In this document: positions 27,056 to 35,775 of the stretch, in pieces
Position numbering within the stretch: the stretch's first letter is position 1
Layout of the letters: the number at the start of each line of letters is the position of its first letter
Assembly (NCBI GenBank): GCA_964022095.1
Contig: CAXHZO010000001.1
Coordinates: 342,435-406,434 of the forward strand
From: an uncultured Arcobacteraceae bacterium
Lineage (GTDB): Bacteria > Campylobacterota > Campylobacteria > Campylobacterales > Arcobacteraceae
Length of the DNA stretch: 64,000 nucleotides
Reading direction: 5' to 3'
Notes under the pieces: model-generated
Databases searched by the model: none
What the model was told of the DNA's origin: nothing
The model's input: only the letters and a program-made list of their open reading frames with translations
Translations under genes and position numbers: made by a program

Positions 27056-27964
27056 CTATTTTAGGCCATTATCTGAATTAGTATTCATTGTTTTTAGTTG
27101 CTGAATTATCAATCCAGCAATAATTGTAATTAATCCAATTACAGTAGAAATATAAATCTCTTCACCTAAAATAAAATAGATGAAAATTAAAGAGATGAAA
27201 GGAGATAAAAATATTAAATTTGCAATTTTTGCAGTTGATTGAGCATATTGCATTGCATTTAACCAAAATAAAAAAGTAATTCCCATTTCAAATACTCCTA
27301 CATAAAAAGATGATGCAATCCCTCTTATATCAGGAATAGCTGATAGCTCGCCTGTGAAATATGCATATATAAAAATGATAGGTATAGAAAATAAAAAGTT
27401 GGCAAAAACTGAAATAAGAGGATCTGCTTTTGTTTTAGTATTAGTAATCCAATATAAAGACCAAAGTACAGTAGATAATAAAGCTAAAAGTACTCCATCT
27501 ATATTTGAAAAACTCAAACTAAAAGGTGCTCCTTTTGTTGATATAATTAAAACACCAAAATAGCAAATAATACCTGCAACAATATCATTTATTGTTAATT
27601 TTTGTTTTAAAAAAATTACTGAAAGATAAGTTAACATTAAAGCCCAAGTATAATTAATAGCTTGTGCTTCTTGTGCTGGTAATAGCTCATAAGCTTTAAA
27701 CAAAACTAAGTAGTATAAAAATGGATTAATTAATGCTAGTATGAATATCTGAAGATATGATTTTTTTATATAATTTAAAACATTTCTTAACTGTTTTTTA
27801 TATGTAACAATTGCAAATAAAATAAGAAAAGAACTAATAGAAGCATACAAAACTAATTGTACAGCAGATAAGTATTGTAATGAAATTTTAAATGCAGTTG
27901 CAACGGTTGACCAGAAGAATATTGCTATTAATGCAAATTTATATGCTGTAGTTTGTGATTTCAT
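27056..27964 (-). CDS. EamA/DMT family transporter
   Basis: WSTVATAFK, INPFLYYLVLFKAY, AQAINYTW, NLIFLSPF. Confidence 0.9.
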   Translation of the reverse strand: MKSQTTAYKFALIAIFFWSTVATAFKISLQYLSAVQLVLYASISSFLILFAIVTYKKQLRNVLNYIKKSYLQIFILALINPFLYYLVLFKAYELLPAQEAQAINYTWALMLTYLSVIFLKQKLTINDIVAGIICYFGVLIISTKGAPFSLSFSNIDGVLLALLSTVLWSLYWITNTKTKADPLISVFANFLFSIPIIFIYAYFTGELSAIPDIRGIASSFYVGVFEMGITFLFWLNAMQYAQSTAKIANLIFLSPFISLIFIYFILGEEIYISTVIGLITIIAGLIIQQLKTMNTNSDNGLK

Positions 27965-28030
27965 TTTATGCCCCTAAAGGGCATATTTTAATAGATTAAG
28001 ATTAAATTTTATTTAATCTTTGTGTAAATT

Positions 28031-28630
28031 TTATTTAGTATTTTTGTTTTTTTTATAATACCAAACTGCAAGAATAACTAAGAAGAAAAGTATTCCTGCA
28101 ATAATATATCTTAAGTACTCTTTTACTAAAGCCTCATTATCTCCAATATAATAACCCAATAGTGCAAGTATAATAACCCATATAGCAGCTCCTAATGTAG
28201 TATAAATTGAAAATACTAACAGATTCATTTTAGCAAGGCCAGCTGGAAATGATATATATTGTCTAACAGCTGGAATTAATCTACCTGAGAAAGTTGATAT
28301 ATGTCCATGTTTTTTAAAGAACTCTTCCATTTTTATAATAGTTTCTTCTTTTATAAAAAAATATTTTCCATATTTAACTAAAAATTTTCGACCATACTTA
28401 ATAGCCAAAAAGTAATTAAACAGTGCCCCAGCTAAAGATCCAGCAATACCAGCTAAAATAGCAATATAGATATTCATTTCACCCTTATAAGCTAAATAAC
28501 CAGCTGGAACCATCACTACTTCACTTGGGAAAGGAAAAAAAGAACTCTCTAAAAACATCATTATAAAAATTCCTGCATAACCTAATGCACCAACTGTATC
28601 AACTATAAAATTTACTATTTCGCCTAACAT
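28031..28630 (-). CDS. DedA family membrane protein
   Basis: [35 protein letters not shown]. Confidence 0.93.
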   Translation of the reverse strand: MLGEIVNFIVDTVGALGYAGIFIMMFLESSFFPFPSEVVMVPAGYLAYKGEMNIYIAILAGIAGSLAGALFNYFLAIKYGRKFLVKYGKYFFIKEETIIKMEEFFKKHGHISTFSGRLIPAVRQYISFPAGLAKMNLLVFSIYTTLGAAIWVIILALLGYYIGDNEALVKEYLRYIIAGILFFLVILAVWYYKKNKNTK

Positions 28631-28642
28631 CAATTACCTTAT

Positions 28643-29152
28643 TTATACTAATTTTTTCCATTTAATTATTGAGTGTTCAATTAATTTACTTACTTTTTTA
28701 TCATCAAGTAAAGTTTCTTCAAAGTAATCACTAACAACTTTTATTATATAAAAATCTTTTATTTTATTATTAAAAAATTGTGTAAAAAACTGCGCTTGCT
28801 TATCTACTAATAAAGTTTCTAAATTTTCATCACTAACTAAATCTTTTTCAATTGTAGTTATATTAGCAAAATTAAATCCAAAAATAAGTTTATTTGTACA
28901 AAAAATTGTTCCAATTTTGACAGATGTATCACAGCAAGATGCAATACTGATATCTATAGCTTTGTTTATTTGATAGTTTTTAAATACAAAATCTAGTGAT
29001 TTATTAATTTCTTTAGCAGTTACTCCAGATACAACAAGTAATATTTTATCATTAGAGTATAGATTAGTCCTATCCGTTTCTTCAAGATTGAAGAAACGGA
29101 TAATAGGATTAGCTTCATTAAGAGTTGTTGTATGTATTAATGTTTTAAACAT
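28643..29152 (-). CDS. Hypothetical protein, nucleoside phosphorylase-like fold (divergent)
   Basis: EANPII, LLVVSGV, LVDKQA, IIKVVSD resemble PNP/UDP family segments. Confidence 0.6.
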   Translation of the reverse strand: MFKTLIHTTTLNEANPIIRFFNLEETDRTNLYSNDKILLVVSGVTAKEINKSLDFVFKNYQINKAIDISIASCCDTSVKIGTIFCTNKLIFGFNFANITTIEKDLVSDENLETLLVDKQAQFFTQFFNNKIKDFYIIKVVSDYFEETLLDDKKVSKLIEHSIIKWKKLV

Positions 29153-29184
29153 ATCAACAACCCAAGGTTAAACCTTATGCTTAA

Positions 29185-29541
29185 TTATTTTCTAAGCTCT
29201 TTAATTTTTGCAGCTTTACCTTTTAATCCTCTTAGGTAGTGAAGTTTAGCTCTTCTTACTTTACCTTTTCTGATTACTTCAAAAGACTTTAAAGATTCAG
29301 AATATAATGGGAAGATTCTCTCTACACCAACTGAGTTAGCAGCGATTTTTCTTACTGTAAATGAAGCAGAAGCACCTTCTCCACTTCTAGCAATAACTAC
29401 ACCTTCAAAAGTCTGTACTCTAGTTTTAGCACCTTCTTTAATTTCAACACCAAGTCTAACTGTATCTCCAGCTCTGAACTGAGGAACTTCTTTTTCTGCA
29501 ATTTGCGCTGCTTCAAAGCTCGCAATATATCTATTTTTCAT
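29185..29541 (-). CDS. rplS: 50S ribosomal protein L19
   Basis: [41 protein letters not shown] at 29541 with AAGGGA RBS. Confidence 0.98.
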   Translation of the reverse strand: MKNRYIASFEAAQIAEKEVPQFRAGDTVRLGVEIKEGAKTRVQTFEGVVIARSGEGASASFTVRKIAANSVGVERIFPLYSESLKSFEVIRKGKVRRAKLHYLRGLKGKAAKIKELRK

Positions 29542-29559
29542 TGTATTTCCCTTTGGCGA

Positions 29560-29596
29560 AAGTGCCCGCATTTGCAAGTTGCGGGGTATCACACTT
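29560..29596 (-). promoter_or_regulatory. GC-rich hairpin between trmD stop and rplS RBS (candidate L19 leader)
   Basis: Minus strand AAGTG..CCCGCA-acttgcaaa-TGCGGG-CACTT. Confidence 0.5.
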
Positions 29597-30286
29597 CTAT
29601 TTTAATTTTTTGTTTCTAACTGAACCTGGTCTAAAATATTTTGTTTTGCAAATAGCCAGATCATTTTTTAAGTCGGATATTTTACTATGGTTTCCCTTTA
29701 AGAATTCTTTAACAACACTTAAATTTTGGAAATTTTCAGGCTTAGTAAAAGATGGTGCTTCTAAAAGGTTATTTTCATAGCTTTCCATTACTAGTGAGTC
29801 AGCATTTCCTAGAACTCCATCAACATTTCTAGAAATTGCATCTGCCATTACAGTTGATGCTAACTCTCCACCTGTTAAGATATACTCACCTATAGAAAAT
29901 ACCTCATTAGCATATTTTTCTATTACTCTTTCATCAATTCCTTCATACCTTCCACTAACAAAAACTATGTTTTCTTTTTTTGCTAATCTTTTTGCATCAT
30001 TTTGCCTAAAAGGTTTAGCAGCAGCCAATGGAAATATAATATATGATTCAGGATTGTTTTTTCTAATATCATCTAAACAATCGAAAAGCGGTTGAGGAGT
30101 CATAAGCATTCCTGCACCACCACTAATTATTTGTTTATCCACTTTATTGTGTTTGTTAGTTGTATAGTCTCTAGGATTATAAAACTCATAACTAATGAAG
30201 TTTGATTCAATGGCTCTTTTTAAAATAGAGTCTTGAAAATATGGCTCGATAAGATTTGGGAAAAGAGTAACAAATGTAAAATTCAA
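29597..30286 (-). CDS. trmD: tRNA (guanine-N1)-methyltransferase
   Basis: [37 protein letters not shown]. Confidence 0.97.
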   Translation of the reverse strand: MNFTFVTLFPNLIEPYFQDSILKRAIESNFISYEFYNPRDYTTNKHNKVDKQIISGGAGMLMTPQPLFDCLDDIRKNNPESYIIFPLAAAKPFRQNDAKRLAKKENIVFVSGRYEGIDERVIEKYANEVFSIGEYILTGGELASTVMADAISRNVDGVLGNADSLVMESYENNLLEAPSFTKPENFQNLSVVKEFLKGNHSKISDLKNDLAICKTKYFRPGSVRNKKLK

Positions 30287-30349
30287 TAATAAACCTATAT
30301 ATTAATTTTTCTAAATATTATCTAATTTTAAATTAAGTTTAGTTTTTCT

Positions 30350-30358
30350 TGATATAAT
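30350..30358 (+). promoter_or_regulatory. Extended -10 promoter for leader ORF-metE
   Basis: TGaTATAAT about 30 nt upstream of the GTG at 30389. Confidence 0.6.
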
Positions 30359-30388
30359 TACACTCTTAAATTTTAAGAAAGGATTGTT

Positions 30389-30730
30389 GTGAAGTCACCT
30401 AAGGGTTTTGGAAAAAAATATTTTACATTTGCTAGTATCTTAGCTCATAATATTCAAAAAAAACTAGAATCACAAGTTACTATTGCGAAAAAGACTTTAC
30501 AATATAGATCATCTAAAGATATAGATGAAGTAGAAAATGAAGATCCCCCCGAACTTTTACTTTGTACAACATCAATTATAAACTTTAATAAACCTTGTCA
30601 CTGTGACTGCTTATTTAAAAGAAAAACTAAACTAACAGTACTACTTTTCAAGTTTATTCCTAGATGTCCATATTATACTACTTGTTTCGCATTTAGACGT
30701 ACAGGAGTTCATCCCCCACTACAACTTTAA
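30389..30730 (+). CDS. Cys-rich hypothetical protein / candidate regulatory leader peptide upstream of metE
   Basis: AAGGA RBS, GTG start, 113 aa with EDPP, CHCDC, CPYYTTC and C-terminal TGVHPPLQL; ends 44 nt before metE. Confidence 0.65.
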   Translation: MKSPKGFGKKYFTFASILAHNIQKKLESQVTIAKKTLQYRSSKDIDEVENEDPPELLLCTTSIINFNKPCHCDCLFKRKTKLTVLLFKFIPRCPYYTTCFAFRRTGVHPPLQL

Positions 30731-30774
30731 TATTCAATCATTCAAAAAAAAGAAAAATATTAAAGGATATATTA

Positions 30775-33051
30775 ATGTCAAAATCATACGTAGTAGGTTT
30801 TCCAAGAATTGGAGAACAAAGAGAACTTAAAAAAGTACTAGAGAGTTTTTGGGCAAAAGATTGCTCATTTGAAGAAGTTAAAGAAGTAGCAAGTGTATTA
30901 AAAAAAAGACACTGGAGTTATCAAAAAGAAGCAGGAATTGAGTTTATAAGCTCAAATGATTTTTCACTATATGATAATGTTTTAGATACTTGTATTATGT
31001 TAAATGCTATTCCTAAAAGATTTGAAAACCTAGAGAATGAAGAGCTTTATTTCTCAATGGCTAGAGGAAATAAATCTAGCGTTGCAATGGAAATGACAAA
31101 GTGGTTTAATACAAATTATCACTATATAGTTCCTGAACTTAGTTTAGAAGATGAGTATAAACTAAATGCTACAAAAATCATAGAAGAGTATAAAGAGGCA
31201 AAAGAGTTAGGAATTAAAACAAAAATTAATTTAATTGGACCTATAACATTTTTAGGTTTATCAAAAAGAGTTGATAGAGGTGATACATTTGAATTATTAG
31301 GAAAGATTCTTCCAATATATGAAGAGTTATTAAAAGAGATATCTAAACTAGATAATAAAGTAATTGTTCAATTTGATGAACCAATTTTTGTAAAAAACAA
31401 TGAAGCAAAAGTTTTAAGTTTAATAAAACCTACATATGACAAGTTAAGTAATATAAGTGATAATTTAAAATTAGTAGTAACTACTTATTTTGAACACTCA
31501 AATGAAGCAACAAGAATATTGACACAAACTTCAATTTGGGCATTAGGACTTGATTTTGTATATGGAAAAGAAAACTTTGAGAGCTTAGAAATCATTAATG
31601 CAAGTGATAAAAAACTTATCGCAGGGGTTGTTGATGGAAGAAATATTTGGAAAAATGATATAAAATCAACTTTAAAGCTTTTGATAAAAATTTCAACTAA
31701 TGTTAATAAAGAAAAACTAATTATTTCTTCATCTTGTTCACTTTTACATACACCTTTTACCTTAAAATATGAAGAGAAACTTCAAGCTGAGATAAAAAGT
31801 TGGTTAAGTTATGCTTGCGAAAAACTTCAAGAAATTAATATCATTTCAAAAGTTTTCTTTCACAGTATAAATGAATTGAATAACTCAGAATTAGATATAT
31901 TTGAGAAAAATATTAAAGCAAACGAAGAAAGAAAACTTTCAAAAATAATACACGATGAAAAAGTACAAGATAGAGTAGATAATTTTGATAAATTTAATAG
32001 AGATGGAAAATATGAAGATAGAATTAAACTTCAAAAAAAGCTTTTAAAATATGAAGATTTAGCAACTACAACTATTGGTTCTTTCCCTCAAACACCAGAT
32101 ATTAGAAAATCAAGAAGAGATTTTAAAAAAGGTGAAATTTCACAAGAGCTATATGAAAAAGATATGAAAAAATATATTGATGATTGTATCTCTTTTCAAG
32201 AAGATTGTGATATTGAAATTTTAGTTCATGGAGAGCCTGAAAGAAATGATATGGTTGAGTATTTTGGTGAACAATTAAAAGGGTATGGATTCTCTCAAAA
32301 TGGATGGGTTCAATCTTATGGAAGTAGATGTGTTAAACCACCATTTATTTATGGAGATATAAGTAGACCAAAACCTATGACAGTTGATTGGATTACTTAT
32401 GCACAAAGTAAAACACAAAGAATTATGAAAGGTATGCTAACAGGACCTGTTACTATTTTAAATTGGTCTTTCGTGAGAGATGATATTCCTAGAAGTGAAG
32501 TATCAAAGCAAATTGCAATTGCACTAAGTGATGAAGTTGATGATTTACAAAAAGCTGGAATTAAAATTATTCAAGTTGATGAAGCTGCTTTTAAAGAGGG
32601 TTATCCTTTAAGAACTGAAAAAATAAAAGAGTATGAAAATTGGGCAGTAAGAGATTTTAAAATAGCAGTTAGTAGTGCAAAAGAGCAAACACAAATTCAT
32701 ACACATATGTGTTACAGCGAGTTTAATGACATTATTAAAACAATTGAAGCAATGGATGCTGATGTTATTTCAATAGAAACAGCAAGAAGTGGAAATGAGC
32801 TTTTAAAAATTTTTAAAGAAGTAGGATATAAGCAAGAAGTAGGACCAGGAGTTTATGATATTCATAGTCCAAGAGTTCCAAGTGTAGAAGAAATGAAAAA
32901 ACAAATAAACCTATTACTTGAAGTTTTACCTAAAGATCAATTATGGATAAATCCTGATTGTGGATTAAAAACAAGAAAATGGGAAGAGACAAAACAGAGT
33001 TTAAAAAACATGGTAGAAGCTGTAAAACAAATAAGAAAGGAAAATAGATAG
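30775..33051 (+). CDS. metE: Cobalamin-independent methionine synthase
   Basis: GFPRIG..RELK, MTKWFNTNYHY, TTTIGSFPQT, HGEPERNDMVEYF, HTHMCY, WINPDCGLKTR. Confidence 0.98.
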   Translation: MSKSYVVGFPRIGEQRELKKVLESFWAKDCSFEEVKEVASVLKKRHWSYQKEAGIEFISSNDFSLYDNVLDTCIMLNAIPKRFENLENEELYFSMARGNKSSVAMEMTKWFNTNYHYIVPELSLEDEYKLNATKIIEEYKEAKELGIKTKINLIGPITFLGLSKRVDRGDTFELLGKILPIYEELLKEISKLDNKVIVQFDEPIFVKNNEAKVLSLIKPTYDKLSNISDNLKLVVTTYFEHSNEATRILTQTSIWALGLDFVYGKENFESLEIINASDKKLIAGVVDGRNIWKNDIKSTLKLLIKISTNVNKEKLIISSSCSLLHTPFTLKYEEKLQAEIKSWLSYACEKLQEINIISKVFFHSINELNNSELDIFEKNIKANEERKLSKIIHDEKVQDRVDNFDKFNRDGKYEDRIKLQKKLLKYEDLATTTIGSFPQTPDIRKSRRDFKKGEISQELYEKDMKKYIDDCISFQEDCDIEILVHGEPERNDMVEYFGEQLKGYGFSQNGWVQSYGSRCVKPPFIYGDISRPKPMTVDWITYAQSKTQRIMKGMLTGPVTILNWSFVRDDIPRSEVSKQIAIALSDEVDDLQKAGIKIIQVDEAAFKEGYPLRTEKIKEYENWAVRDFKIAVSSAKEQTQIHTHMCYSEFNDIIKTIEAMDADVISIETARSGNELLKIFKEVGYKQEVGPGVYDIHSPRVPSVEEMKKQINLLLEVLPKDQLWINPDCGLKTRKWEETKQSLKNMVEAVKQIRKENR

Positions 33052-33068
33052 GGAATATTCCCTATCTA
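33045..33068. terminator. Perfect palindrome at the metE 3' end
   Basis: TAGATAGGGAAT/ATTCCCTATCTA. Confidence 0.6.
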
Positions 33069-33127
33069 AAAATAGTGTGTATTTATTAGTGTACAAACTA
33101 TTTTTAGATAACATTCAAGGAATTTAA

Positions 33128-34348
33128 ATGAAAAGAAATAAAATGATTACATTAGACGATATAAAAAAAGCCAGAAAAAACTTAGAGAACATTGCTCTAA
33201 ATACTCCAATGGCTAAAGCTCCTTATTTAAGTGAAACATTCCATAGTAATATTTATCTAAAAAAAGATAATTTACAACTAACGGGAAGTTTCAAACTAAG
33301 AGGTGCATTTAATAGAATTGCAAATTTAGCAGAAGATAAAAAAGCAAATGGTGTAGTAGCAGCAAGTGCAGGAAACCATGCACAAGGTTTAGCCTTTGCA
33401 GCAAAGCATTTTAATATTGAAGCGACTATCTTTATGCCAGAAGCGACTCCTCTTACAAAAGTTAGTGGGGTAAGACAATATGGAGCAAATGTTGTCTTAA
33501 CAGGTGAAAACTTTGATGAAGCAAAAGATGCTGCTGTAAAATTTCAAGAAGAAAATGATTGTGAATTTATTCATCCGTTTGCTGATGATGATGTAATTGC
33601 AGGACAAGGAACAATTGCACTTGAGATTTTAGAAAAAAATCCTGATATTAAACAAATTATTGTACCAATTGGTGGTGGTGGACTAATATCTGGTATCGCA
33701 ATTGCTGCAAAAGCGATAAACCCAGATATTAAAATCATTGGTGTAGTAGCAAGTGGTGCAAGAGGAATGAAAGAGTCTTACAAATCACAAATGCCTATTG
33801 ATTCAACATCAGTTAAAACTATTGCAGATGGTATAGCTGTTCGTGATGTAACACCAAAACTTCTTAATATTATTATAGATTATGTTGATGATATTGTTGA
33901 AGTAAGTGATAATGAAATTGCAAATGCAATTTTATTTTTACTTGAAAGACACAAACTTGTGGTTGAAGGAGCAGGAGCTGTTGCAGTTGCTGCAATTATG
34001 CATGAAAAAATAGAAATAGAAGACTCAAATGTTTGTGCAATTGTAAGCGGTGGAAATATTGATGTGACTGTGATTTCTCAAATTATAGAAAAAGGTTTAG
34101 TAAAATCATATAGAAAAATGAACTTAATAATTAAACTTATTGATAAACCAGGTTCTCTTACAAGATTAACAGAAATATTTAAAGAGTGTTCAGCAAATAT
34201 TGTGCAAATTGATTACGATAGAGACTCTATTAAATTAGAGTTTGGAGAAGCACAAATTACAATTGCTTTAGAAACAAAAGGTGAAGCACATCAGAAAAAA
34301 ATTCGAGAATCTTTGAAACAAAATGGTTACAAATACAAACAAATTTAA
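33128..34348 (+). CDS. ilvA: Threonine ammonia-lyase with C-terminal ACT domain
   Basis: LQLTGSFKLRGA, ASAGNHAQG, PIGGGGLISG, TIADGIAV, SGGNID, DKPGSL. Confidence 0.94.
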   Translation: MKRNKMITLDDIKKARKNLENIALNTPMAKAPYLSETFHSNIYLKKDNLQLTGSFKLRGAFNRIANLAEDKKANGVVAASAGNHAQGLAFAAKHFNIEATIFMPEATPLTKVSGVRQYGANVVLTGENFDEAKDAAVKFQEENDCEFIHPFADDDVIAGQGTIALEILEKNPDIKQIIVPIGGGGLISGIAIAAKAINPDIKIIGVVASGARGMKESYKSQMPIDSTSVKTIADGIAVRDVTPKLLNIIIDYVDDIVEVSDNEIANAILFLLERHKLVVEGAGAVAVAAIMHEKIEIEDSNVCAIVSGGNIDVTVISQIIEKGLVKSYRKMNLIIKLIDKPGSLTRLTEIFKECSANIVQIDYDRDSIKLEFGEAQITIALETKGEAHQKKIRESLKQNGYKYKQI

Positions 34349-34436
34349 TGTAATTTTTTTGCTTTAGAAAATTTTTAGAATTAAAACAATATAATAGGCA
34401 CGTAATTTAGTATTGTGAAACATAAAAAGGAAGAAA

Positions 34437-35123
34437 ATGGAAGGAAGACTGTTTACGTTCTTAGGCACTATCGGTGGACACGGTCAAGAATGGATGATTC
34501 TATCTCACTACATTTTAGTAATTGGTATTATTTTCTTAGTTGCAAGAGCAGCTACTAAAAAAATGCAATTAGTTCCAACTGGAACTCAAAATGTAATGGA
34601 AGCCTTTGTAGGTGGAATTGTTTCTATAGGAGCAGATACAATGGGTGAAAAGAATGCTAGAATTTATATGCCATTAATTGCATCTTTAGCATTAGTAGTT
34701 TTTGTTAGTAACTGGATGGGACTTATTCCTGGTTTCGAGTCACCAACTGCAAACATTAACTTCACTTTATCACTTGCATTAATCGTATTTGTATACTATA
34801 ACTACCTTGGAATTAAGAAAAATGGTTTTGTAAACTATTTTAAACATTTCATGGGACCTATGCCAGTATTAGCACCTTTAATGTTCCCAATCGAAATAAT
34901 TTCTCATTTATCTAGAATTGTTTCACTATCATTCAGACTTTTTGGATCAATTAGAGGAGATGATATGTTCCTAATGGTATTACTTATGTTAGTACCTTGG
35001 ATTGTACCTATCTCTGGATTCTTTATGTTAGCTGCGTTTGGTTTTTTACAAGCGTTTATTTTTGCTATATTAACTTATGTTTATATTGCAGGTTCTATTA
35101 TGATGGAACATGAAGATCACTAA
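34437..35123 (+). CDS. atpB: F0F1 ATP synthase subunit a
   Basis: NWMGLIPG, PTANIN, SRIVSLSFRLFG, LQAFIFAILTYVY. Confidence 0.97.
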   Translation: MEGRLFTFLGTIGGHGQEWMILSHYILVIGIIFLVARAATKKMQLVPTGTQNVMEAFVGGIVSIGADTMGEKNARIYMPLIASLALVVFVSNWMGLIPGFESPTANINFTLSLALIVFVYYNYLGIKKNGFVNYFKHFMGPMPVLAPLMFPIEIISHLSRIVSLSFRLFGSIRGDDMFLMVLLMLVPWIVPISGFFMLAAFGFLQAFIFAILTYVYIAGSIMMEHEDH

Positions 35124-35148
35124 TTAGTTACAAAAAACTGATATACTT

Positions 35149-35183
35149 AGGGAAGGTAAGTTTTACTTATCTTCCCTTTTTTT
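35149..35183 (+). terminator. Intrinsic terminator after atpB
   Basis: AGGGAAGGTAAGT-ttt-ACTTATCTTCCCT followed by T-run. Confidence 0.85.
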
Positions 35184-35208
35184 ATACTATATATTAAAGG
35201 AAAATCCA

Positions 35209-35775
35209 ATGAATATGGATTTTAAATACTATTTAATTACTGACCCAAAATATTATTCAAATAACCCAAAAATATTTAAAAGAACTTTAGAAGAAAATTT
35301 AAAAAAACATAAAATAAATATTGCTTGTTTTAGAGATAAAAAATCTGATAACTTTAAAGAATTAGCGCAAATATTTATTGAAACTTGTAGAGAGTTTAAT
35401 ATTGAAAAAGTTTTAATAAATGGAGATTATCAATTAGCAAAAAAGCTTAATGCTTCAGGAGTTCATTTAACTTCAACACAGTTTAATGACATACAAAAAG
35501 CAAAAGACTTAGATCTTTATACAATAATATCTTGTCATAGTTTTAATGATATCCAAAAGGCTATAGACAAACATGTAAATACTATTACATACTCACCTAT
35601 TTTTAGTTCACCAAATAAAGGAGAACCAAAAGGTATTGATAAATTAAAAGAGGCTAAAAGAATCTTTGAAGATATAGATATCATTGCTTTAGGTGGAATA
35701 ATAAATACCCAACAAATCCAAGAAATACAAAAAGCAAAAGCTTATGGCTTTGCTTCAATTAGATATTTTATTTAA
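35209..35775 (+). CDS. Thiamine phosphate synthase (ThiE/TenI) family protein
   Basis: YLITD, FRDK, GVHL, SCHS, SPIF, IIALGGI. Confidence 0.85.
   Translation: MNMDFKYYLITDPKYYSNNPKIFKRTLEENLKKHKINIACFRDKKSDNFKELAQIFIETCREFNIEKVLINGDYQLAKKLNASGVHLTSTQFNDIQKAKDLDLYTIISCHSFNDIQKAIDKHVNTITYSPIFSSPNKGEPKGIDKLKEAKRIFEDIDIIALGGIINTQQIQEIQKAKAYGFASIRYFI

Noticed and set aside
30545-30550. C6 run as programmed frameshift or phase-variation site
   Set aside because: Both alternative frames stop within about 15 codons and the run is too short for typical phase variation.
30637-30648. AGTACTACTTTT matching the RHH operator unit (similar partial matches inside argB)
   Set aside because: Single copies inside coding sequence that simply encode Val-Leu-Leu; not paired and not in promoters.
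30540-30720. Fragments resembling a cobalamin riboswitch upstream of metE (CCCCCGAACT, GTCACTG, CAGGAG)
   Set aside because: The conserved GGGAA elements and paired core are missing and the fragments fall within a plausible ORF; an Rfam scan would settle it.
34437-35123. atpB isolated from the other ATP synthase genes
   Set aside because: A split atp operon is normal in Campylobacterota.
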